A stretch of 62,572 nt of DNA, taken from the IMG/VR virus record IMGVR_UViG_3300031555_005587, positions 62,001 to 124,572 of that record. One strand, 5' to 3'. This document shows, in pieces, positions 40,525-49,773 of the stretch. Numbering within the stretch: position 1 is the stretch's first letter; the number at the start of each line of letters is the position of its first letter. The notes below the pieces were generated by a model. It was given only the letters and a program-made list of their open reading frames with translations, did no database searches and was not told the DNA's origin. This DNA comes from an uncultured virus (IMG/VR IMGVR_UViG_3300031555_005587). Lineage: Duplodnaviria > Heunggongvirae > Uroviricota > Caudoviricetes. The position numbers and the translations under genes are program-made.

Positions 40525-40776
40525 ATGGAACTCAGTTTAGCTTTAGCAGATCTAATCACATTTATTCAGTCAAACTTTTGGTATTTGCTGTGTATATTTG
40601 TATTATTAAAATACAGAACACCTTGGGGAATATTGTTACTATTCTCACATGTAATTTTAGGATTCAAGATCTGGGTTTATATTCCAATTATGATTATTGC
40701 CCTAATAGATTATACAAGTGATCCTAGATATATCAATAAAGAAATTATTAAAGATAATGAAAAAGAAAAAGAATAA
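40525..40776 (+). CDS. Small membrane protein
   Basis: AAGGAGG RBS, 2-3 hydrophobic segments, charged C-terminus. Confidence 0.65.
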   Translation: MELSLALADLITFIQSNFWYLLCIFVLLKYRTPWGILLLFSHVILGFKIWVYIPIMIIALIDYTSDPRYINKEIIKDNEKEKE

Positions 40777-40778
40777 CT

Positions 40779-40807
40779 ATAAGAGGATCCGTAATGGATC
40801 CTCTTAT
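40779..40807. terminator. Bidirectional terminator
   Basis: ATAAGAGGATCC / GGATCCTCTTAT. Confidence 0.8.
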
Positions 40808-40810
40808 TTT

Positions 40811-41953
40811 TTATAAAGTTAATGGTTCATTGATATATTTAGTAAGTTCTTCTAATGAGATTACATCTTCATATTGTTTATTGATAAATTGATAAATCTT
40901 ATCAGTAATTTTTAAAGAGTTATCAAGAATGAATTCATACTCATCTGAAACTTCTTCTTTAGTTTCTTCAATAATAGATGTATTTACTTCTTGAATCATT
41001 ACTTTTATTATTTTATCATTGAATAAAATATCCTTGATATTCTCTTTAAACTGTTGAACATTATCCTCAGATGGTTGAAATATCAATCTTATTTTTCCAA
41101 CTTTTTCACCACTAAATACATCACTATTTTCAGATTTAATTTTTTCAATTTCTCTAATTAATTCATCAACATCTTCATATATTTCAGATTCAGGTTCGAA
41201 TTTATATGTTTTATATACATAAGCTTCTGTGTTTTCAACAAATGTAAATTTACCATTTTCAATTATACCATAACCTTTTGGAGTTTCTTCACCAAATGAA
41301 TCTCTGAATAATGATCCTAAATAAAATACATTGTTACTCATTTCAACATATTGATGATAATGTCCAAATACAGTTAGGTCTGATATTTCTGAAAATTCAC
41401 CAGCTTTAAAATGTGGAACTTGTTTTTCTGTATTATTTGAAGATCTTCCATATGATACAGCTGCAGGCATCCCTTCTTCAATTACACCATGCCCAAAGAT
41501 ATAATTATATTTTTTATTAGAATATAGAGATTCTTTGTAAAAATCATGTTTATTGAAAATATACTCCTCAGGAACATACAAAATCGTTGTATCTTTATTG
41601 ATTCTTTCTTCAGTTACAGTCGTAAATAATTTCACGTCAACTTTAGAAGATGTAAAATGATAATTAAATAAACGATACTGTTCCATTTCATGACCAGCTG
41701 TTCCATAAACTATTCTGATTTTTGTTTTATTTTTTACACATGCTCTGATAAGATATGTCATGACATTAATAGCCAATGAAACATATTCTTCATTAACTCT
41801 GAATAGTTTATCAAAGTAATCACCTAGAATTACAACTACATCCGTTTTGGTAAAGATAACTTCTTTTTCAATAATGTCTGTCAATACTTTATAACAATAA
41901 GCAGTATCTTTTATACTACCTATATGTATATCTGCCAATAATAAGATTCTCAT
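40811..41953 (-). CDS. SbcD/Mre11-like nuclease
   Basis: ADIHIG, LGDYFD, GTAGHE, FGHG, FGHYH, YLGS...SFGE...KG. Confidence 0.88.
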   Translation of the reverse strand: MRILLLADIHIGSIKDTAYCYKVLTDIIEKEVIFTKTDVVVILGDYFDKLFRVNEEYVSLAINVMTYLIRACVKNKTKIRIVYGTAGHEMEQYRLFNYHFTSSKVDVKLFTTVTEERINKDTTILYVPEEYIFNKHDFYKESLYSNKKYNYIFGHGVIEEGMPAAVSYGRSSNNTEKQVPHFKAGEFSEISDLTVFGHYHQYVEMSNNVFYLGSLFRDSFGEETPKGYGIIENGKFTFVENTEAYVYKTYKFEPESEIYEDVDELIREIEKIKSENSDVFSGEKVGKIRLIFQPSEDNVQQFKENIKDILFNDKIIKVMIQEVNTSIIEETKEEVSDEYEFILDNSLKITDKIYQFINKQYEDVISLEELTKYINEPLTL

Positions 41954-42075
41954 TATAATACACCTCTTTCATTTTTTTATTCATCTCTTTAATAATATAT
42001 TATCAAGAGAATGATAATTTAATAAGTATCATTAAAACGTAATGTAATAAATTTAACACAAGGAGGACTCGTAAT

Positions 42076-42843
42076 ATGAGAACACAACAAAATATGATGA
42101 AAGATTTAAATGAACAAAATTACATCAAGACTAATAATGTCATTATTATGCTTAATTCATCAAGTGATGTTATTAGATATATGAATGATAACGATATCAT
42201 CCGATCTAGTTATAAAGTACATATCTTCGTTACAGATTTTAGAATCTTTAATGAAGAATTTGTAAAAGAGTTTGATCAGTTGACAGATTTCGCCAAGTAT
42301 TATATCCATATTCCTAAGAAGTTGAAAGATATTAAACCAATTGCAGAAAAGTATATCAGCGAATTATTGAAACACAAGGAAATTAAGATCCTACTGGAAA
42401 AGGTTGGACCCATTTTTAGAACTTCTTCTATGCGATATGGATATTACCCGATCTGTGTAACGTATCATGATGAGTATTTAGAAATTTATTTACAATTAAA
42501 ATCATCTGGATTTAACAGCACATATTTTGGTATTGGATCTGTAGCAGAAGGTGCGTTTAGAAATGGTCCACAGATGGCGTATCCAGAAATCTTTAAACAA
42601 AATATCATCAATAACTTTAAATCTGTAACACCTCTCGGTATTCTTAAAACATTCAAAAATGAAGAAGATATTTGGGATTACATTAATCACAAAGGTGAAT
42701 GGGCAATATCAGAAAATAAAAAAGATATCAACGCTGGAAAAGTTAATTTAAATATTCCTGCAGGAAAGACAGCTCAGGATGTAAAAGAGTCCTTGATGAA
42801 TTCATTAAAAGAAAATGGTTTTGATGTTAAGGAGGTTAAATAA
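42076..42843 (+). CDS. Hypothetical protein
   Basis: AAGGAGG RBS; TATATTAT upstream. Confidence 0.7.
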   Translation: MRTQQNMMKDLNEQNYIKTNNVIIMLNSSSDVIRYMNDNDIIRSSYKVHIFVTDFRIFNEEFVKEFDQLTDFAKYYIHIPKKLKDIKPIAEKYISELLKHKEIKILLEKVGPIFRTSSMRYGYYPICVTYHDEYLEIYLQLKSSGFNSTYFGIGSVAEGAFRNGPQMAYPEIFKQNIINNFKSVTPLGILKTFKNEEDIWDYINHKGEWAISENKKDINAGKVNLNIPAGKTAQDVKESLMNSLKENGFDVKEVK

Positions 42844-42844
42844 T

Positions 42845-43495
42845 ATGGGATTAATAAAATCGCTTTCAGAATTATTTAGACCAGTATTGAGTGATAGAAC
42901 TATTCTGAAATATAATAAGAAAGGTTTATTGATTGAAGGAGAATTAAAAGAATCTCAAATTCAACCAAATAGTATTGATCTTACACTGGGAGATACATGG
43001 AAAACATTGAAGCCTAATTGGTCATATGATAATAAAGATATTATCAATCCAAAGAAAGAAGTTCTTTATAAAGAAGGAACTTTTATGAAACGTAAAATTG
43101 AACTTCCAGAAGATGATAATGATATCGTAATTCCTGAACAGTGTTATATTTTGAAACCTAAACAGTTCTGTTTAATGGCTTCTAAAGAAGTTTTGAACAT
43201 CCCGAATGGAGTGATTGCATTTGTTCAGGGAAGATCTTCGATTGCTCGTCTAGCGGTACAAACAGAACAGGCTGGATTGATCGATGCTGGTTTTAGAGGT
43301 ACAATTACATTCGAAGTATTTAACCAATCGGATTATCCAATTATATTATATCCAGGAATGAGAATTGCTCAAGTATATTTCTTCAAAGCTCAGTATGCTG
43401 ATAAATTATATGGATCTGAAAAGGGTTCTAAATATAATGGACAAATTGAAGCTACTGGCAGCAAAGTATATCTAGATCCTGAATTAAATAAATAA
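42845..43495 (+). CDS. dcd: dCTP deaminase
   Basis: Start moved to ATG 42845; LSDR, IQPNSIDLTL, GRSSIARL, AGLIDAGFRGTITFE, GMRIAQ, KYNGQ. Confidence 0.93.
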   Translation: MGLIKSLSELFRPVLSDRTILKYNKKGLLIEGELKESQIQPNSIDLTLGDTWKTLKPNWSYDNKDIINPKKEVLYKEGTFMKRKIELPEDDNDIVIPEQCYILKPKQFCLMASKEVLNIPNGVIAFVQGRSSIARLAVQTEQAGLIDAGFRGTITFEVFNQSDYPIILYPGMRIAQVYFFKAQYADKLYGSEKGSKYNGQIEATGSKVYLDPELNK

Positions 43496-43500
43496 TTCAT

Positions 43501-43532
43501 ATGGAAGAGGTGGATAATTCCACCTCTTCCAT
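43501..43532 (+). terminator. Intrinsic terminator
   Basis: ATGGAAGAGGTGGA / TCCACCTCTTCCAT followed by a T tract. Confidence 0.85.
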
Positions 43533-43593
43533 TTTATTTCTGTTTCATGATAAACTTGTTTTCTAACGAATTGAATTTATATATTCTCGATTT

Positions 43594-43860
43594 ATGAACG
43601 AAAGAAAGGAGATGATGTTTTTTATGAATGCTAAACACACAAAGATCACTAGAGAAGTCATCGCTGAACCAAGATGGAAATGGTTCACACCTCCGTTATG
43701 GTGGTGCTTTAGATGGGCTTATAAAATTTCCAAAACCGAAACTTTGGAAAACGATAAAGTGATCAATATCAGACAATATCAACGAGGAGGAAATAATTCT
43801 ACACAAGTTCAAATTGGTATTGTTCATGAATATAATACGAATGGCATGGAGGACTTATAA
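43594..43860 (+). CDS. Small Trp-rich protein, paralog 1
   Basis: PRWKWFTPPLWWCFRWAYK; true start probably a later Met after AAGGAG. Confidence 0.65.
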   Translation: MNERKEMMFFMNAKHTKITREVIAEPRWKWFTPPLWWCFRWAYKISKTETLENDKVINIRQYQRGGNNSTQVQIGIVHEYNTNGMEDL

Positions 43861-44147
43861 TGAATGAAAATAAATATACAATGGATATTCTTTATGTGGT
43901 CGTTAGTCCTAGATGGAAGTGGTTTCAACCGCCTCTGTGGAAATGTTTTATGTGGGCATATAAGAAAGAGAAGGAACTATTATTGAAGAATTGTTATCCT
44001 AAATCGATGAATACTAACGTAGATGAATCTTCAGTAAACATTGAATTTCAGTCATTTCCATATGAAAATGAAAAAATTAATGATATGACAAATGAAATAC
44101 TAAAACGTTTTGGGTTAGAAAAAGATAAAAAGGAGGACGATGAATAA
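43860..44147 (+). CDS. Small Trp-rich protein, paralog 2
   Basis: PRWKWFQPPLWKCFMWAYK; TAATG-coupled on both sides. Confidence 0.7.
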   Translation: MNENKYTMDILYVVVSPRWKWFQPPLWKCFMWAYKKEKELLLKNCYPKSMNTNVDESSVNIEFQSFPYENEKINDMTNEILKRFGLEKDKKEDDE

Positions 44148-45310
44148 TGCTAGCATATTTAAACAAGTTACCTAGTGACTATCGAGATCAATTAAACATT
44201 GACTTGATGAACAAAGCATTTGATAAACCTTTGGAGGAATATATTTACGATGCCTTTAAAGGTTTTGAAATTCTACCAAATATCAAGATTCTTGGATATG
44301 AATGGGTACCAGACGAAGACAAATATGATGCAAATGATCATATCATTAGAAGAAATTCTAATAAAAATAAGATCATTAAAAGCATCAGTGAAACTCGTTG
44401 TGGTGTAATGTATGTGGACGTTGAAGTATCTGGATTAGATAAAAATGGTACTACAAAAGTCCATTATATCAAGAAACCTATTATCATTCCAATTGAAGAC
44501 AAAGATGGTTATTATCTGATAAAAGGTAAGAAATGTTATTTGATATATCAGATGGTAGATAAAATGATGTATCCTTCTTTTGGTGCAGTTACAATTAAAT
44601 CATTAATGCCTATCTCAGTTAAAACATCAAAGGATGATTTTACTGATACTGATGGGAATGTATATACTATTCCAACGTATACAATTCAGATTTTCAAAAA
44701 TGCTATCAATGTATTACTTATCTATAGTAATCTTACTATTACTAAGACATTGAATTTCTTAGAAGTAGATAGATTTATTCATATCGAACAGAAATCTGAT
44801 GATCTTCCAAAATCAAATAATATCATTAGATTTGATTGTGGTAAGAAGAGTGACATCATTGTTGCTGTTCGTAAAGATATATTTGATCAGGAAGTTTATG
44901 TAAAATCAATTGTTGGATGTTTAGTAAAACTCTTTGGAGAAACTAAGATTCCATATAAAGATATAGATGACTGGGAACAGTGGATGATGATTGTCGGAGG
45001 TAAAGGAACAGTTAGAAGAGGTATTTATCAACATATATTCTTCAATCGTTTACTCGATGAAGTAACTAGAAAAGAATTGAAGATTAATGATCATGATAAA
45101 CAAGATATTTATTACCTACTTCGCTGGATTCTCCAAAATTATCATACTTTGTGGGCCAAAGACAACCTCTCAATGATTAACAAGCGTTTACGTTGTAGAG
45201 AGTATATCGGTTCCTTTATAACTGCTGAGGTGTCTAAACGTATAAATCGTATTGTTTCATTAGGTGATAAAGCAACAATACGTGATATGCTGAACGCCTT
45301 TCGCTTCCCT
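44147..45310 (+). CDS. Phage multisubunit RNA polymerase beta subunit N-terminal part, exon 1
   Basis: DGYYLIKGKKCYLIYQMVD (cf. beta GxFIINGxERV..Q) and DNLSMINKRLR (cf. DHLGNRRV). Confidence 0.85.
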
Positions 45311-45701
45311 AAAATTTTGGGGTTTTCCTTTTAATTGCGGGAACATCTTGTTAGACTAACACTACTAACTTATCATAGTGATATAGATAAGGGCAACCAG
45401 TAATGTGGAAGGTATAGTAAAAAGGTGTTAGGTAGAGAAAATCCGCAGCTAAGCATCTCTGAATAAGAGATGAAAGTTCAACGACTATCCCATTAGGATC
45501 TGAATAAGATCAACAGGAGTAGGGCTGTAAGCTAATGACAGTGGGTGAGAATCCCTTAAATCGAAATGGAGGAACTCAGTGATGTATAATCACTGGGAAG
45601 ATATAGTCTCAACGTACTGCGAGAGCAGTAGAAGTTTAATTACGACTGTTAAAGGAGTAATAAGAACTGCACAGTGTTGCGAACTGTGTGAAGATAAATT
45701 G
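45311..45701 (+). ncRNA. ORF-less group I intron (391 nt) in the RNAP beta-N gene
   Basis: P1 CCCT/GGGG; AATTGCGGGAA, AATCCGCAGC, GTTCAACGACTA, AAGATATAGTC; terminal G45701. Splicing gives in-frame FRFP|EDIFITRL. Confidence 0.92.
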
Positions 45702-46247
45702 GAAGATATTTTCATAACTAGATTATATTCTTCCGGGGTACTTAGATATGCAGAGAATGATTCTGATATGGATATGGGTATGAAATTGAAATATACCGCA
45801 AAAGGTCCGAACAGTATCGGCAATGCGGACAATAGAAGAATCCCAATTCGTCAACGAACATTGCATCCTAGTATGGTGGGCTGGATTGACATCGCAGACT
45901 CCTCATCTAGTGATCCTGGAAGATCTGGCTCATTGAGCCCATATAATGAAATGAAATCAATGTACTTTGATGAATCTCTTTATGAGAATGAAATGCATTA
46001 TAAAATTGCTAAAATTCTTGATGAATGTCCTCTAGATGATGATTATGAGGAATTTAGAATCATTTGTGATAGTGAAGAAGAATATAATAAAGTATTAGAT
46101 TCTTTATATCATTATGGAAATGATAAAATCAAAATCTTTGGAGTTACGAACAATCCAATGGAAATCATCATTGAGAAAGACCCTAGAGAAAATTATAGAC
46201 AGTTTAATGAAGATGCATTTTTATTGTCAAAGGAAGAGAATAAATAA
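45702..46247 (+). CDS. RNA polymerase beta N-terminal part, exon 2 (spliced product 569 aa)
   Basis: KGPNSI...RTLHPSMVGWIDIADSSSSDPGRSG (cf. beta RDVHPTHYGRICPIETPEG). Confidence 0.85.
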   Translation, partial: EDIFITRLYSSGVLRYAENDSDMDMGMKLKYTAKGPNSIGNADNRRIPIRQRTLHPSMVGWIDIADSSSSDPGRSGSLSPYNEMKSMYFDESLYENEMHYKIAKILDECPLDDDYEEFRIICDSEEEYNKVLDSLYHYGNDKIKIFGVTNNPMEIIIEKDPRENYRQFNEDAFLLSKEENK

Positions 46248-46262
46248 CACGGAGGATATAGT

Positions 46263-46952
46263 ATGAAACAGATTGTGAGATATAGATTCATGACTATTCC
46301 TAGTAAGCTAACAGGAGAGTTAAGAATTACAATAGATGAAAGATCTGCTGAGTATAATTCTCAGTTTGATGGAGGTCGTTCAACTAATATTGCGTTGTTT
46401 CCTATCATAGCAGTTGCAATAACACGACCTAACGAAATAGATGAGAAAGGAAATAAAATCAGAGCACCTTGGAATCCGAATGATTCAATTGGTATGACTA
46501 AGTTTACATTTCCTATTTTCATCAACGAATTAAAAGCAATGATGAGAGATATGAAGATTCCTGAACTGTATACATATCAAGGGAATCGTTTAGAACTAAA
46601 TACAAAGATTAGTGAAAAATATCGTCATGTATTTATGCTCGGTAATACAGCGATTGAATTTAGTCCGGTAGTAATCACTCAACCTGATGAAACAAAAGTA
46701 GAAGGTGTTAAACTGAAATTCAATAGAGAAGAATCTTCAGTTTTATTAACATTAAATGAATTGGAAGCTTTGTTATATAATCTCAATTCATTGAATGTTG
46801 ATTTACTATCTCTTCAATTGTATAAGACTTACATTACAAAAGTTTCTTACAGTGAAGGACGAGCTTATAGAAATCCTAATCCAGATAAATTGGTAGATGT
46901 TCCAAATAACAATCATCCTAAAGAAATGGATTTTCAAGAATTTGTAGATTAA
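46263..46952 (+). CDS. Hypothetical protein co-transcribed with the RNAP subunit
   Basis: GGAGG RBS; 229 aa. Confidence 0.7.
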   Translation: MKQIVRYRFMTIPSKLTGELRITIDERSAEYNSQFDGGRSTNIALFPIIAVAITRPNEIDEKGNKIRAPWNPNDSIGMTKFTFPIFINELKAMMRDMKIPELYTYQGNRLELNTKISEKYRHVFMLGNTAIEFSPVVITQPDETKVEGVKLKFNREESSVLLTLNELEALLYNLNSLNVDLLSLQLYKTYITKVSYSEGRAYRNPNPDKLVDVPNNNHPKEMDFQEFVD

Positions 46953-46963
46953 TAAAGATATAA

Positions 46964-46995
46964 GATTTAGGAGGATCAATTGATCCTCCTAAATC
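46964..46995 (+). terminator. Terminator, perfect 32-bp palindrome
   Basis: GATTTAGGAGGATCAA|TTGATCCTCCTAAATC followed by GTTTTT. Confidence 0.85.
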
Positions 46996-47095
46996 GTTTT
47001 ATTATGAAAATAAAGTAGGATTAAATAACTACTATGAAATTATATATTATCTCTATAATAAAACATATCTAACAAATAAAAATGGAGGTAAAGAG

Positions 47096-47992
47096 ATGAT
47101 TGGAGTTATTCCTAGTGGAAATAAAACATATGAAATACTCGGAAGTTTTGAATCAGAAAAATTAGTCGAAGGTAAATTGTATTATAGACCCAAAGACAAT
47201 CGATTGTATTATTATTCAAAGATCGAAACTAGATCAAATCCAAATACTGGATATTTTCCTGTATGGAACGGTAGCAGAGTATTTGAATCAAATTTCTCAA
47301 ATCGTAAATATTTCGATAAAGACACAATAATCACTGATGTAAATAATTTAGCAATATCAATCAACAATTCAGTTGCCAAAAATATTATTTATAATCAAAG
47401 AAAAAGTACAAATGGTTCATTATTGAAACCAGAGATCAAAGATGAAGATAATATGTTTACTCAATGCATTAAAAGCGTAATATGTGCAATGGATATCACA
47501 ATGGTAGATCTGTTTGATATGTGTGCTCCTAAACTTAGTGAGAAAGTAATTGAGAATTATTATTCTGCGTTAACAAAGATTTCTTTTATGAGACTTGATA
47601 GATGGAATATATGGCTCAATACTATTCTACATATGTCATATGTTTTAGAAGTCTATAATGGTGATAGAAAACTATTGACATATTCATATCCATCAGATAC
47701 ATTCGATACTGGAATTGTTAAGTATGACAACATCATTCAAACAGCTGATGATCCATATAAGAAAATTGTTAAAGTATTAATGGTGATGGAAAATATTACA
47801 AAGTCTACATTAAAGACTGATGAAATTGATGATTATACCATCAATAACATGATGACTACATTGGGTAGTAAGAAACCATTATCAGCACAATTATTTAGTA
47901 GATTCATTCGTATGGCTAATCTTGCATATACAATCACCATATATGACAAAGATAAAGTCATGTTTGAATATAAAGAACAGGGAGGAAATTAA
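47096..47992 (+). CDS. Protein with two tandem HTH-like repeats
   Basis: Internal duplication: EDNMFTQCIK..DITMVDL..YVLEVYNGDRKLLTY vs DDPYKKIVK..NITKSTL..YTITIYDKDKVMFEY. Confidence 0.6.
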   Translation: MIGVIPSGNKTYEILGSFESEKLVEGKLYYRPKDNRLYYYSKIETRSNPNTGYFPVWNGSRVFESNFSNRKYFDKDTIITDVNNLAISINNSVAKNIIYNQRKSTNGSLLKPEIKDEDNMFTQCIKSVICAMDITMVDLFDMCAPKLSEKVIENYYSALTKISFMRLDRWNIWLNTILHMSYVLEVYNGDRKLLTYSYPSDTFDTGIVKYDNIIQTADDPYKKIVKVLMVMENITKSTLKTDEIDDYTINNMMTTLGSKKPLSAQLFSRFIRMANLAYTITIYDKDKVMFEYKEQGGN

Positions 47993-47994
47993 AC

Positions 47995-48258
47995 ATGAAG
48001 AAATTAGGAAAGAAAGTATTATTAACAGGAGCAGTGTTAGCAGTAAGTGGTCTAGTGATGACTGGATGTAATAAACAGATTATCGATACTACATTCAATT
48101 ATGACTATGCGTATATCTCTATGCCGAATGGAGAAGTTGTAGAAGGAGAAATTGAGTCATGGAAAGATTTTGAAGACGGTGATCAGATCCAGGTAAAGAT
48201 CGATGGAGATATGTATCTAGTACATTCTTCAAATATTATCATGATTGATAAAGATTAA
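47995..48258 (+). CDS. Lipoprotein
   Basis: Basic N-terminus, hydrophobic stretch, lipobox MTGC. Confidence 0.85.
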   Translation: MKKLGKKVLLTGAVLAVSGLVMTGCNKQIIDTTFNYDYAYISMPNGEVVEGEIESWKDFEDGDQIQVKIDGDMYLVHSSNIIMIDKD

Positions 48259-48281
48259 AAAAAGAAAGGTAGGTAAAATAT

Positions 48282-48785
48282 ATGAAGTATTACGATAAAG
48301 CAGGTAAAATTCATAATTCATTAGCAGGAGCAGCATTCAGTAATTTTCGAATCAAAGTAGACAAGACCATGAAGGATAAAATTCCTGGATATGGTTTAAT
48401 GAAAGAGGCAAAGAAATATAATAACGAAAATATTGAAGACGATGTTATTGATGCTGAATTTGTAGAAGACAATACAGATGATTTGGAAGATAATAATGTT
48501 GTTACAAACGTGACAGATGTAGAAATTGATTATGAAAATGGAAATCTTGTTTCTGTTGACGGTGATGGAAATGTAGTTGCAGAAGATCCTATTCCGGAGA
48601 ATCTCCAGAGACAAACATGTACAGATCTTTTCATGGATGAAAGAGATCCTAATCCACGTAAAATTTATACAGTTCCTTACGAATATAGATGTCGCTGTGG
48701 ACTGAAGAAATCTCCATATGTATTGGACGAGACTTGTAACATTTGCGGAACAAAGATTGATATTCAAAAAGAAATCACTGAATAA
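48282..48785 (+). CDS. Acidic protein with C-terminal zinc ribbon
   Basis: CRCG...CNICG. Confidence 0.65.
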   Translation: MKYYDKAGKIHNSLAGAAFSNFRIKVDKTMKDKIPGYGLMKEAKKYNNENIEDDVIDAEFVEDNTDDLEDNNVVTNVTDVEIDYENGNLVSVDGDGNVVAEDPIPENLQRQTCTDLFMDERDPNPRKIYTVPYEYRCRCGLKKSPYVLDETCNICGTKIDIQKEITE

Positions 48786-48869
48786 AAAATATCTTAAAAG
48801 AAAGGAGGGAATTCATCCCTCCTTTCCTTTTCCTCATATTTTCTTAATGATAATTATTTTTAATGATAA

Positions 48870-49709
48870 TTATTTTTTATCTTTGTCATCCGCTTTAACA
48901 GCTTCAAGACCTTCCAATTCAGAAGGAATCTTCTTGTCAACTACGATCATATAGCACTGACGAGCATCCTTCCAGCCGAAATGAGTGATGAACATATCTT
49001 TTACACTCTGTGTAGTTTTAATGTAGAGAATCTTATATTCTCCAAGTTCATCTTTGAACTTCTCATTAGCATCGTCAACTAATTTAGAAATATTACCTTC
49101 TTCAGTATCACAGATACCGATAACCTGCCATAATCTTGCCTGAAGAGCTCTAACTGCTGCAGGAGAGAAGATCAATGATCCGACACCAATAGGCATAGTA
49201 ATTGCACCAACAATCAATCTAGACCAAATCTTAGACTCTCTAAAAGGAATATCATTATTCTTCATGAATTTCTTGAAATCATCTTTGATCTTTTCAACAA
49301 TATCTTTGATGTCTTTTTTGTCAGATTTATCAACTCTCTCAAACATAGGTCCACTGATAATAGAGTTGTAAATAGCTTCAGCTACAGCTGCTTCAGTGAA
49401 TTCTTCCTGATCCTGTTCAGTTGTAGATTCAACAATTGTACAGCTCTGAAGAATACCTAAAAGTTCATAAGACTCTTTAAAGCTCTTCTGAAGATCTGCA
49501 ATTGCAGAATTGTATGCTTCTTTAGTAATAGTGGAACCTGCAGGAATAGAAGGACCAAATTCACCACCCTCAGGTTTTGCAGTAGGTTTTTCTGTGAGAC
49601 CACCAGGTACAGATGGACCCATATTTTCTACACTTTCGTTCAATTGCATATTAAGAATGTCATCATCTTTCGCATTCTCAAAAATGCCTAAATTAAATAA
49701 ACCATTCAT
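48870..49709 (-). CDS. Abundant head protein with propeptide
   Basis: IFEN, LNES, IVES, FTEA and MFER motifs; shares the capsid-gene leader and late motif. Confidence 0.65.
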   Translation of the reverse strand: MNGLFNLGIFENAKDDDILNMQLNESVENMGPSVPGGLTEKPTAKPEGGEFGPSIPAGSTITKEAYNSAIADLQKSFKESYELLGILQSCTIVESTTEQDQEEFTEAAVAEAIYNSIISGPMFERVDKSDKKDIKDIVEKIKDDFKKFMKNNDIPFRESKIWSRLIVGAITMPIGVGSLIFSPAAVRALQARLWQVIGICDTEEGNISKLVDDANEKFKDELGEYKILYIKTTQSVKDMFITHFGWKDARQCYMIVVDKKIPSELEGLEAVKADDKDKK

Positions 49710-49773
49710 ATTAACGTCTCCTTTACTTTAATAAATTTAATTGTTAGTCTAAGTTAACGACATGTTCTATTAT

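Noticed and set aside
40525..40776. Membrane protein as a holin
   Set aside because: Size and hydrophobicity fit, but it is 20 kb from the endolysin and shows no family motif; left as a generic membrane protein
45579..45701. N-terminal 41 aa of ORF 45579..46247 with CCELC
   Set aside because: This is intron P7-P9 RNA read through by chance; the real coding sequence starts at 45702
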